Assembly: GCA_965649765.1 (NCBI GenBank)
Contig: OZ287753.1
Coordinates: 54,560,001 to 54,624,000 of the forward strand
Origin: Bispira polyomma
Lineage: Eukaryota
DNA: 64,000 bases
Direction of reading: 5' to 3'
Below are positions 11,061 through 22,789 of the stretch, piece by piece. A program made the position numbers and the translations under genes. A model generated the notes under the pieces. That model was given only the letters and a program-made list of their open reading frames with translations, did no database searches and had not been told where the DNA came from. The stretch's first letter is position 1. Each line of letters opens with the position of its first letter.

Positions 11061-12278
11061 AATTGTTTGACTTCCTTTAATTTCTTGTTGGGTATTGTTA
11101 ACCGACTTGTGCGCGCATTAATAATAATGCCTAAGCATGTTAACTCTTCTATTGGAGAATCGACTTTGTCTTGGTTTATGGGTAATCCTAAATTCTGTAT
11201 TAGGTTAAGTAAAGTACTGAATGCTATATTAGCCTTTCCGGGAGGTGTAACCCCGATGCAGTTGTAGAGGTACGAATTTGAATTTGAATTTGGATATTTA
11301 ACGTCCACTCTAGTACCTTTTAGTAGGTTATATTGGGACAGGTAGTTGGAAACGCTGGAGGAAACACTGCATACAGTCGGTCAAGGTTCTGCAGAGAAAC
11401 CAGCGGTCCACAGTAAGGAACTACCACCTTTCCCACATAGGCATCGACAGGATTCGAACTCACACCACCCAGAGGTGAGAGACCAGTGATTGTGAAGCGC
11501 AATGCTTGCTAACGACTAGGCCACCGAGGCCCCTTGTAAAGGTATGAACATATCCAGTAGTTGTATTTATGCATGAGGTATGTAATTCCGTCCGTTGCCA
11601 TTTGGCATGCGCATGCACCCGGGACTAGGCTGAAGGGGATGCTGACGTCAGCATATAGTTTATCTTCCCAACTTTAGCCCAAAACTGAGTAATCAAACTG
11701 ATCTGTCGTCAGATTCCTATAAGCCCGTTGCAAATTAATTTTGTATAACAGACATTATGGGACTAGAGAGGCCATTTTCTGGACTATATTGTCAATTGTT
11801 GAGTACTTAATTGAAACTCTGTGTTATCGAAAATGTTGCGCGGAATACATGAATTGACACTGTGTGGCCAAGAAAGGTCCACTATAATGCGCCTAGAGCC
11901 TTTTGGCTTTGGCCTTGACATTAGTGGAGATACGTATAGTTTTTCAAATGGACTATTTACCATCGGGCCCACCATAGCCTTATGTCCTACCTCTGTTGTA
12001 AAATACTCATTAACATCCCTGGGGAACCTTAGTGCTGAGGGGTGATTATCCACATGTGTGTTATATGTGAAATTACCATAATCCAAGGACAAAGGAAAGC
12101 CAAATTGAAGGTAGTCACACACTACAGCCAAATCATAATGTTCTAAGTAAGCCCGCCAGGCCCTGATGTTTAACTGTGAAGGCACTGGCACCCTGGCCCC
12201 TTCATAGTTTGGTATACCTGTGGCTTTAACTATACTGTGGGCTTTAGTGACCCATTGTATCATGTCTTTACTTTGCAA
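11033..12278 (-). pseudogene. Reverse transcriptase of element 1 (disrupted)
   Basis: VSPLMSRPKPKGSRRIIVDLSWP, LGLPINQDKV..ELTCLGIII; interrupted by SINE 11276-11533 and frameshifts. Confidence 0.85.
11276..11533 (-). mobile_element. Full-length SINE family A
   Basis: A/B boxes; (AAATTC)n tail; TSD ttgtagaggtacgaa / ttgtaaaggtatgaa. Confidence 0.92.
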
Positions 12279-12566
12279 TTATTGTGTCTGAGCCATACTC
12301 TAGGTTCTAATAACTTGATTCAGGCTGGTGGACACAAAGCCCCTCACCCATTCTTTAAGCTTTTCCCCTTTGTTTAGTGCACCCCATTGTTAGTCCGCCT
12401 CTGAACAATGGTTAGAATGAGGCCCTTTTACGTAATGGTCTGCTTGACAACCCCCTATTTGAAACCTGAACTGGCCTTGTTTTATGGCTGTGGTAACATT
12501 GTTAGATATGTCGGCTGAGCTATTGTGACTGGATTCTATTGTTGTGCCTTATTTCTTGATTGGACC

Positions 12567-12819
12567 GGGTGGCCTAGTGGTTAGCAAGCATTGCGCTTCA
12601 CAATCACTAGTCTCTCACCTCTGGGCGGCGTGAGTTCGAATCCCGTCAATGCCTATGTGGGAAAGGTGGTAGTTCCTCACTGTGGGCCGCTGGTTTCATT
12701 GCAGAACCTTGATCAACTGTATGCAGTGTTTCTTCCAGCGTTTCCAACTACCCGTCCCAATATAACCTTATTAAGTACAAGAGTGGACATTAAATATCCA
12801 AATTCAAATCAAATCAAAC
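12567..12819 (+). mobile_element. Full-length SINE family A
   Basis: tggcctagtgg A box, gagttcgaatcc B box; (AAATC)n tail; TSD cttgattggacc on both sides. Confidence 0.92.
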
Positions 12820-13401
12820 CTTGATTGGACCTAACATTTCAGAGTTAGCATAACCTATGAAACTCTCTGATTGGGGTGTTTCCCCCATTTAAGTGACAAA
12901 CGTAAGATTTTGTCCTACTGCCGACTCACGCCGACATTGTTTATACCTGTTAGATTCTGCTCTCCCATGACATGTTATTTTCATCAGTAATACTTGAATT
13001 GTTGACATTTGTATAATAAAAGTGACACTCTCTGAAGGTGTCCCTCCTACTGTACACGCTCTGGTTGTTTAATTCATTAATAACTTGTTCACCATTTCTA
13101 TTGTGGGCCTTGTGCCCTATACTACTTGCATTTTGTATAATGCTGCACGTTTTTCTTTCAGTGGCCCCCTCCTGAGCTAGGTGTAGCACAGGAGTGGGTT
13201 GAACCTCCCCCCATTGCCTTTAATACTGTTACTTATAACTTGTAAACTTTTTGAACACTAAAACAGATGCAATGGCCTAAATGTATACTGCCCTAAAAAA
13301 TGCTTTGTTGCACTATTTTGGAATTGATCCCGCTCTGTTTTTGTTCAATGTAATTCGCTAGTTTGTTAGTTTTATTGGAACTGGGAGTGACGTCACTTCT
13401 G

Positions 13402-14747
13402 TTAAACTTTCTGTTCTACCCTGTCCCCACTGTTGTAACTCTTTACATTTGCATCTTTTACTTTACGGTTGCACTTACTTTCTGGGTGGTCAAAGTTTTT
13501 ATGCACTGCCTTAAAACAGAACCCACAAGAGTGTTTCTGCATTCCCCCCCCCCCCCCCTTCAAAATGGTCTGAATCAAATCTACACAAGACTTTGTAGTA
13601 TTTTTGACACACTGTAACTTTGCCTTGATTTGCCTGATCCCTATCTTTTGCTTGACCATTATAATAACCCGTGCCAGAACTGTAACCACCAGCATTTGTA
13701 CCTTTCACAACTCTTTGGGTAAAACATTGCCTTACTCTGTCAACTTCCCCTGGTTTCGTCCCAAGTTAAAATTCCCGTTTCAATTTCAGTTAATACTGCT
13801 GCATGAGCCTGTTTGGCTGTCGGCCATGACAGATCCATGGCGTCTTGCATAAGAACATATTGATATTGAAGCATGTTTTTCCTAGTTTCTTCCTCAGTTT
13901 CTTGAAATATACACTTTAAAAACCCCTGCACCCACTGGCACAATGTAAGTTCCTCATATGTAGGCATTTTTATTTGGTCGTTCAACATACAATTTTCATG
14001 TGGCCATGCCACTGCTACTTTTACTTTTTAGTCCCCAACTCTAAGTCTACCTGGTTTAATGGATTTTTTGTTAATGAAAATACCTGAAATGTCCTCCCTT
14101 GAAGTTTCCTGGTACTGTCTGATTCTGCGGTCCACTTTGTCCTGCATTACTGAGTCGCCCCGTAGAAAGTCGAGTGTAGGTAACTTGGCTGCCTTTCCAG
14201 CCCGGCTGTGGTCGTCTGTGCGTACACGTTGGTTCCTGGGAGCTTTCGGTGAGCTGTGAGCCGATGGGCGCGTAGACAGATCACTACCATTTCTTTCCTC
14301 CTGCCTAGTAACCCTTTCTTCCAACTGTGAAAATCTATCCAGCACCAGTTCGAACTTAGCCAAAATGCCTACGTTACCCACACACTTTTTACCCGGTGAT
14401 TTGGTCTTCTTCTGTCCTGCTTGGTTGTGATACTCTGAGTTATCTCCTACTGGTGAATTGAATGTAACTTGTCGTAAAGTTCCTGCCATTGGCTGCTGTA
14501 CTGCACCTGTCTGTCCGTGGTTCTGTTCTGGTGCGTCAGACGTTGCTCCGGTTAGCGGTTGATCCATTTCCTCCCTGTCACACTCGTCCCCCACAGGCAA
14601 TCCATGGCTGATGTTGCACTTGGAACACCGTTCTTGTGTGCTGCTTCGTGTATTATGTTTCGGCGCCGTCCAGACTTTTACCACGTCCTTTTTTGTTCTA
14701 ATACTATCTCTGTCGGTAACACTACACTTTGTATATAAAATGGCCAC
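13402..14747 (-). pseudogene. Gag-like ORF1 of element 1 (frameshifted)
   Basis: N-terminal CSKCNISHGLPVGDEC knuckle; KPGRLRVGD..VAWPHE..TYEELTLCQWVQGF..LMQDAMDLSWPTAKQAHAAV aligns with ORF1 of element 2; C-terminal Cys/His cluster (CQKYYKVLC..H..HSCGFC..H..C). Confidence 0.75.
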
Positions 14748-15074
14748 TAAAACTGTTAACTAAAATCACTAAAAACTGTGTAAAGTATATATTTATAGGC
14801 TGTATCCTCTGAGCTTTTTGTAAAAACGGTTGTTTCCACTTTGCCTAACAGTTCTTGAATGAGGTCTATCCCTCTGACCCTTCACTGGCTTTTAGGTTTT
14901 TGGTGGGAAATTTTGGCGCCCAGTGGAAGGGTTAATGAGTGTTTTAATTATAGCCTGCCAGGCGAAACTGACATCGGACGCAAAGCCATAACGACCTCGT
15001 TCATTTCAAAATTATTTCAAAGGCATTTTCAATATTATTTGAATCTATTGATTTTCAGTGCAAGTGGATATATT

Positions 15075-15262
15075 CGACCTCGGTGGTGTAATGGGAACAC
15101 ACTCGGCTTTTACTTCTGTAGTTTTGGGTTAGAATCTCAGCTCTGACATGTATGTCGGAAAGTTGGCAGTAGACCTGCTAAAGGACGGTGGTTTGCAGAG
15201 CAGAAAGTTGTGATGTAATACAAGATGTGTGGAATGTGATTTTAAACCCAAACTAAACTAAT
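15075..15262 (+). mobile_element. Old tRNA-derived SINE (family B, related to 32435-32663)
   Basis: cctcggtggtgtaatgg..acactcg head; similar body and aaaccc aaactaaact tail. Confidence 0.55.
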
Positions 15263-15889
15263 TCATTCCTAGGAATGTAGTCATGTGACAAATTGGCACG
15301 AGTAATCCACCAGGATGCTATAAAGATAATATTAATAAAATAATATTTATTAAAGTATTTAAACACAAATACAATGGAATTTTTCATCAGTGGATACATA
15401 TTATTTTTTTAAAAAGGTATTTAAATACTTCAAATACAAATACTTTTTTGTATTTGACCCCAGTTATGGAAGATGTGACCTTGATTTTGTATTGTCTGAG
15501 TGCCATGTATTCTACCATTATTCCTTGCTTCCTACTTCCAGCATGTGCAAATCATTTGACTTCATCTTTTGTTATGTCAAATTTATCCACAGAATAGGTA
15601 GAATGAACAATAAAATGACAACTATCCCTTTGAAAATGTTTGTTTGGTAAACTGTCATTTCCTTTGATATTTAGTCACATTGCAGATCAAACCATGTAAC
15701 AATTTTTTTCCCTAAATTTTCGGGAAACATACACAACACACAGGCATTAAGCGATGATTAGCAATAAGTACATGTACTAGACAAATGTACTATGGCTTAA
15801 GGCCTAGTTATTTAGGACAAATTAATATTTGTATTTATTGTTGTGTATGTTAAATTAATTATATATTGGTAACATTTATTCAATATACA

Positions 15890-16095
15890 TGTACTTCCAC
15901 CAAGGACGCTATAGTTTTGTCTATGTCCGTTGGTTTGTTTTGTCATGAGGATTACACCCAAAAAATATTAAACTGTTCTACATGAAATTTGATGGAGATA
16001 TAGGATGGGGCAGGAGCCACCGTATTATCCATTTTATGGAGCAGATCCAGGTAGAAGAGTGAATCTAGTAATTGTGAAGCATTATTGGAGGCGAA
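15890..16095 (+). mobile_element. Degenerate Helitron/Helentron-associated-like interspersed repeat
   Basis: tacttccaccaagg..gtccgttggtttgt..atgaaatttgatgg..gcagatccagg pattern recurs at ~16624 and ~53955. Confidence 0.4.
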
Positions 16096-16125
16096 GAAAA
16101 ATCATTCTATTCTTGTTACAAGACT

Positions 16126-16427
16126 TGTATTAGTGTATTGCATGAGGACTTCATGATAATACTTTGGCAAACCCCTGTTTGTGTTGTATGAGAGCATTAT
16201 GATTAGACTTTGGTATGCCTGTATTTGTGTTGTATGAAAGCATATGATTAAACTTTGGTAGACCAGTATTTGTTTTGTATGAGGGCATTATGATTAGACT
16301 TTAGTAGACCTGTATTTGTGTTGTATGAGGGTATTATGATTATACTTTAGTAGAACTGCATTTGTGTTATATGAGGGCATTATGATTATACTTTAGTAGA
16401 CCTGTATTTGTAATGTATGCGGGCACT
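16126..16427. repeat. Minisatellite, ~46-bp unit, ~6.5 copies
   Basis: Unit consensus tgtatttgtgttgtatgagggcattatgattagactttagtagacc, head-to-tail with no spacers. Confidence 0.92.
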
Positions 16428-17477
16428 TTGAGACTCCTCAATCATTTATTAATCTCAGGCCAGATAGTTAAGAATTGAGATAAAAACTGATTTAATGAAA
16501 CACCAAAGTTTGGTCTCTTCATAGTAATTTAAACTTCATCACATCTTCCTCGTGTACTTACAAGTACTTGATGAAAATTATATGGCTGTTTTCTCTCTTT
16601 CTCTGGTTGAAGTGGCCTATGTATGACCTCCACCAGGTAAGTTATGTTTTTGGCCGTGTCTCTTTGTTTGTTGGTCTGTTTGTGGAAGCCTAGCGCATGG
16701 ATTTAGGAAGAAATCATTGAATTGTTGTGCATTTAGCCATATAACGTTAAGTAACTACTAACTATTTGTTTCTATTTTAATCTGTATTTAGGTTATACCT
16801 AAACAAAAATACAAGAAATTTTTTTTATGTTTGTTTTAAAAAATAAGCTATTCACCACTTTTTAAAATACTGTGTCGGACTATATGTTAACAGATGGCCT
16901 TCTTTAAAAGGTCTGGGTCGGTAGTTAAAGCCAAATACCAATTAAGATTCTATACCTGAACAGCGGAGATTTGGCACTCTATAGAGTGCTCTTGTTTTAA
17001 TAGCTGTTCCGGTGTAGTGTGGAAGAAAGTTAAACCATTTTGTCAGTTATTTTGCCCGACCTTGATTATTAGAAGTACGATCGTTAGATCCTATTGTTGA
17101 TACAGTCGATCCTAGAGCGATATGTCAGATCCAATTTAAAAATCGGCCAATCGGTGATCGTAATTGATAGTGGAACAGCCCCGTTAAAATATGTTAATTT
17201 TAATTGGTTGCTTTAAACTCGTGATAGTAAAACAGAACATCAGCTGATCTAGGACATTTTTAATCAGTATTATGATAGTCCTTACTTGGAAATAAATAAT
17301 ATAAAGTACTAAACCCATAGTCTCCACACAATTAAACCACTCTAGTGAGGTTGCAAGAACACCGGCTAGTGGCAAGCTCGTTCAGTGACTGGGGGTCAAG
17401 GACGTCTAGCCGAACTACTTTTGTAGAAGGCTGTGTTTGTCGCAGTACATTTTTGGCACCAACTGGGACGGACGTAT

Positions 17478-17632
17478 AATTTTATTGGTAACACCGGATT
17501 TGTGTTCCAGAGAGATTTTATATCTGTGCTACAGAGATATAGTTAGTAACATCGGATTTGTGTTACAGGCAGATTTTATATATTTGTGTTAGTCAGAGAT
17601 TTTATTGGTAACACCAGATTTGTGTTCCAAGG
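17478..17632. repeat. ~60-bp tandem repeat (2.5 copies) in the 5' leader of element 2
   Basis: gtaacaccggatttgtgttcca / gtaacatcggatttgtgttaca / gtaacaccagatttgtgttcca. Confidence 0.8.
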
Positions 17633-17725
17633 AAATGGTGTAGAAAACGTTTACAAAGAGGCTCATATACTAGTGTCCCAGTTGGTGCCCGGGAATTCTC
17701 GAAAGACAAAGTAACTGTCCCAGCG

Positions 17726-19004
17726 ATGGCTAGCTTGCCAGGAGAGAAGTCTAAGAAAACCAAACAGAAAAGGACTAACGACAGCTTGTTCGGACCATCA
17801 GGTGAAGTACAGGGTCGATGTCATTTCAATGCCAATGTCTGTGATAGTGTCAAGCGGTCAGTTTCCTAGTCATACGCGAACGAGAAGTGTGGTTAAGGCG
17901 AGACTCGCAGGTGAGGCTGATAACAGGCTTCCTGTATCAGAGTTAGCTGGTCAGATGAATTCACAGCAACGACTTGGCAGTGATGGGCGTCAGATGTTAG
18001 ATGTCAGTCAGCAGTTTACTAAGGGCAGTGGTGATTCTCAGACGTTAGATGTACTTCAGCAGTTGGGCCAGTTGAGGCAGGCGGTGCTTTCTTTGAAGGA
18101 TGTTAACTCGCAACTGATGAAATGGGTGGATACTATTAAATCGAGTACAAGTTCGGATGTTGTGGCTGAGACTGGTGTCAGGGAAGCAGTACCAGTAGTA
18201 TCCGTTAACCCTCCGAAAATTTCTCCCTCACTGGGAGGGGAAAAATCCTCACTTGACCAGTTACAAACTTTCGGATCCGGTTCGAATAGTGTTAGTTCGG
18301 ATCTGGCTGTACAGCAGGAAGTTCAGAGGAGACTACTGGAGATGGAGGACCAGGAGGATCAAGTATTGGACTTTGGTATGTCAAATTTTAAAGCTAGTAA
18401 CAGAAAAGTTAAGTCTGGTCAGTTTAGAGTTGGAGGGGAAACCCCTTGTAAGAGGTTTGTATATTGGCCTCATGATCTGTGTTTCATTGGAAGTGACTGT
18501 AAACGAGTAACGTATGATGAGCTTACATTGCTACAGTGGTCATTAGGTTTCAAAAGATGTATTCTTAAAGAATCCGATTTGCAAGTACAGCAAAACATGC
18601 TTAAGTATAGTACTGAATTAATGCAGAATGCCATGGATCTCGGTTGGTCAGTAGCAAAAGGGGCTCACAGAGTCGTTATGTGTAGTATGGAGGACGGTCT
18701 GTTGACCTGGGCTGAACCAGATAAAGTTAATGAGATTAGGCGGCAGTTTGCCCAGAGACAAGTAGTGGCTAATGCCAAGTCGGGTTATGTTAAGTCAGCT
18801 TCCGGTTTCTCCAATAACAGGGAAGTCTGTACTAAATTTCAGTCGGGCACTTGTGAATCTAGTGTAGACCACAAAGTAGGCAATGTTTGGCTCAGGCACG
18901 TCTGTGTTTATTGTATGAATACAGTGAATCGGCCATATCTTCATAAGGAAATGGACTGTCAAAAGAAAAAAGAAAAAAACGGCGGCGCTACCTCTCGGCA
19001 GTAA
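17726..19004 (+). pseudogene. Gag-like ORF1 of element 2 (probable ATG 17726, one frameshift near 17860)
   Basis: 400-aa open stretch 17802-19004; KSGQFRVGG..YWPH..TYDELTLLQW..GWSVAKGAH; C-terminal CTKFQSGTC..H..HVCVYC..H..C zinc-finger-like cluster. Confidence 0.78.
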
Positions 19005-20718
19005 ATAAGGCAGTTAAAGTTAACAATTATAAGAATGTTGAGAGGTCTAGTCAAGTCACTGAAAATATTGTTTTACCACCGGCAGTACAGCCGAGTTGTA
19101 ATGTTAATGTAGGTCAAAGTGTTCACAATATTAGAAATAAAGTTATCTGTAAAGACAATCTGGACAGTGATAGCTGTAAACAGTCTAAACAGGACATTAA
19201 AACTATTTTGCAAGGCAGTAGTTCTGCCAAGTGTATAAACATTGAAGTGAAGTTAGCCAGTAATGGCTGTACATGTTGTTTAAAGTTACAGCAAGACATG
19301 TGTACTTGCATAAGATGTATATATTGTCTGGTAAAACAATCCCTTATGGGGAGGGGGCATGATAGTTCGCTTGAAGGTGAGCAGAAACCTGTTTTAAAAC
19401 AAGTATTTACTGTCAAAAGTACTAGTTGTCTGGATTTTCATCCGGTTATGTCAAAAACGTGTTAAATCTACTCAAAACGGCTGGATTTCGGCAAGTCCAG
19501 TATTTCCTTTCGCTAGCAAATCTCAAACTCACATCACTGCGCGACAGTCCACACAGAAGCCTGTAAATGGTTTGGGTGGAAATGATCCAACTCACTTGAG
19601 TTTAGGCGGCAATACTCCCACTAAGTTCTGTCAGAATGGCTCGGGAATGCACTTTAATCCTCGGAAACTTGGTTTCCGAGGGAAGCACACGCGCCACTTT
19701 TTGCGACACGTGTGGTATTGTTGTGTCTGGAGTGTTCCATAGTTTGGCGCGTGGCATTGTTTGTCGCGCATTAATACATTTTCTCTTATATGATATACCA
19801 AGTCTGGTGAGGTTGGAGCGTGTCACGTGTGCACGCGCAGGTCTATGTCTGACTAGGCGGCAGTACTCAACCAGCACTGCTGGTTCACTGACCATATTTG
19901 GGCACACACAGAAGTTGTATAATACTTTGGCCTACTTGGCTCGTGGCTTCTTCATATTGTAAGGGTATTTGCATTGAATTTATCTTACAAATGAGTTTAG
20001 CAAAATTATTAGTAGAATTTGTGTACACAAGTATGGCTCATGTACAAGCCTGGTCTTTTCTTTGATAGCAGTCTTAAATTAAAAGCAATAACCACAGATC
20101 TTATCAGTAATTCAAATACAGACTTACAGAGTCACATAACTGGTAGTTGTATGCATAGCAAGGTGTGGCCATGTATAGTTGGCACTGTTATTGGACAGTT
20201 AAAACTTGGTTGTATTAAAGCAGTGTGTAATAGTCATGTTACCTAAAGTTTGTGTAGTATTATTAAGTACATATATAGCCGTTTGTGCAGTATTCTTCAG
20301 TACATATATGGCATTTACATCTTTGTTGTTAAATGTTGTACTTATGTGTGCATGTGGCAATGGTTACAATTGTGTAACTTTACTCTTGTTCGCACAGCAC
20401 AGGTTGTACTTGACAGGGTGTACAGTTTAGTTGGTCTACACATTTGGTGGTTCTTGTACTGGTTCTCTACATATGTTGGGTATCTTATTGTTCACATTTA
20501 TAGACATACACAAAGTAATACTGTATACAGTAGTGTCCCACCAGGTCCTCAGATAGACAGTAGTCAAGACCTTTCTGTATATTATAATGGTCATTATATA
20601 CAGTGCACATATCCTGGACAATTTAAATTTGGCTAATTACCAGCAGGTAGTCAGTTAATGCCAATTAATGGCAGCTGCAATTCAATTACTTTTGACTCAG
20701 CAGTACAGCTGAACAAAG

Positions 20719-21483
20719 TTGTTAATAGTTATGGTGGCTGCTTCAATTTTCTGTATCCACGTATTCCAGTACAGTCTTCACTTAACATATCGTCATTCTG
20801 TGAATGCTAGTGTAGCTAAAGGTGTGTTTCTAAATACTAAGTTTGAATTGACTTATCCAACAGTGGATCATATGGTAGATTACATACAACAGTGTGGATC
20901 AGATTGCTACTTGTTTAAAGCGGACCTCCAGCGGGCATTCAGGAAATTTAGAGTTGACCCTCATGATTATCACTTACTAGGGCTGTATTGGCAACAGCAG
21001 TATTATATTGATAAGGCGGTCCCCTTTGGTTTAAGACATGGATCTCATTATTGCCAGCGAATGACTGACAGTATTCGCTTTATTGTGCAAACACAGGAAT
21101 ATGTTGTTTTTAACTACATTGATGACATCATAGGTATCTATGCCTCGTATGATGAGGCTATGGCAGCGTACACTTTCTTACTAAAACTGCTGGCAGATTT
21201 GGGCCTTCCAGTTAGTCCGGCTAAGTTGCAGCCACCTAGTAAATGTATCACTCGCTTAGGACTTAACATTAATGTTGAAAAGGGTACTATAAGTTTACGA
21301 CCAGATAAATTACTTAAGATTACTGAATTGTGTGTTAATTGGTCCAGTAGAAAGTTTGCAACCAAAAATCAAATTCAGAGCATTGCTGGTAAGTCATTGT
21401 ATATTAGTAAGTGTGTCAGGCCTGCTAGGTTATTCATCAATAGAATCTTACAAGTGCTTCACACTTGCCCAGAAAGAGTTTAA
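20719..21483 (+). pseudogene. Reverse transcriptase of element 2 (internally deleted)
   Basis: YIDD catalytic motif and DIRS-type RT blocks. Confidence 0.9.
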
Positions 21484-22789
21484 GATAAGCAGTTCTTTCA
21501 GAGCAGATGTCAGGTTGTTTGTACAATTTCTAGAACAATTTAATGGTGTTGTATTGTATGATAAGCCACTTCAGCATGGTAACATTGTATATGTAGATGC
21601 TAGTTTAACTGGACTTGGGGCAATATATAAAGACACTGGTTACCATGTAGAGTTGTCCAATCTCAAGGATCCTCCTAAACTTATTGTTCACTTAGAAATG
21701 CTTAATGTGTTCACTGCTCTCACTGTGTGGTTGTCTTCATTCAAAGGTTCTCATGTGATTTTGTATTGTGACAACTTAGCTGTAGTCAATGTACTCAATT
21801 TTAACAAGGGTAAGGATGCTTATCTTAATACAGTAGCTCGGCACATTTGGTTACTCACGGCGTCACATGACATTACTTTGCAGGTTAGACATGTGGCGGG
21901 TGTTGATAATGCGGGGGCGAATCTGTTATCCAGGTACTCAGACTCAGCAAAACAGGCACAATTTCATGCCAGTTTTCAGCAGTTGCAACTGCTTCAGGTT
22001 CAAATTGGGCTCACTTATTCCTGCATTCAAAATCATTTGTCAGCCCTAAAGCATTATTTCAGAAGGTTTGGATTGGATGTGGAGATTTTTAGTCATGTTC
22101 ATGTGGTCATGCTTCTCAAGGCTAACAATAACAATGTCACTAGACATGTTAAGGTAAAAGACATTTTTGGGGTGCAAGATTTAATAAATACTTGTGCTCA
22201 ATGTGACAGGATCACTCATGGTATAGTTTTTAAGGCAGTGTTCTTAGTGGCTTTCTTTGGCCTGTTTAGAATAAGTAATTTGTTGTCACATACAGTGTTT
22301 CAGTATGATTGTGAACGACTGTTGTTATGTTGTGATGTTCAGTTCCAATCACCAGGTTTGGTAATACAGGTTAGATGAACTAAAACCATGCAAAGTAGAC
22401 AGATTAGTGTGTTGTTACAGTTACCTTTTATTAACGGTTCTCCGCTTTGTCCAACACAAGCAGTTCAATGAATGTTTGATTGCTACCCGGCTTCTCCGGA
22501 TGCACCACTTTTTGTATTACCTGGTTTACAAAGTCAGTACAAAATTTTGACGGATGTCAAAGTGCGTTATGTGTTAAAGGACATTTTAGGAAACCTTGGC
22601 CTCAATACTTATACTCTTGGTTTTCATGCATTCAGGCGTTCAGGGGCTTCCCTTCTATTTCAAAATAATGTTCCCTTGCAGTGTCTTCAGGCACATGGGA
22701 CTTGGACCTCAGATGCGGTTTGGACTTATTTGCAAACTGGGGCCAATCTTTCCACCATCCCTCAAGCTTTTCAGGCCATTATATCTTAA
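21480..22789 (+). pseudogene. RNase H plus tyrosine recombinase of element 2 (stops at 22376 and 22468)
   Basis: RNase H motifs to ~21960, then recombinase with R (FRISN), HxxR (HAFRR) and Y (VWTY) catalytic residues. Confidence 0.88.

Larger units (their letters stand above)
8830..14950 (-). mobile_element. Degenerate tyrosine-recombinase retrotransposon (DIRS superfamily, Ngaro-like), element 1
   Basis: Order gag-like ORF1, RT, RNase H, integrase SAM/tyrosine recombinase on the minus strand; many frameshifts and three SINE insertions; outer boundaries approximate. Confidence 0.88.

Noticed and set aside
11320-11502. Recurring small [15 protein letters not shown]... (also 12591, 54782)
   Set aside because: Incidental TTG-started frame within SINE-A copies
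12567-12660. tRNA-like sequences (also at 4760-4841, 11450-11533, 32435, 54750)
   Set aside because: SINE heads with body, tail and TSD; no proper cloverleaf acceptor stem
14911-14930. tggcgccca resembling a tRNA primer-binding site
   Set aside because: Antisense to element 1, no LTR adjacent, and YR retrotransposons are not known to use a PBS; better explained as a hairpin arm
16126-16427. Regularly spaced repeats resembling a CRISPR array
   Set aside because: Units are contiguous with no unique spacers, there are no cas genes, and the context is eukaryotic; it is a minisatellite
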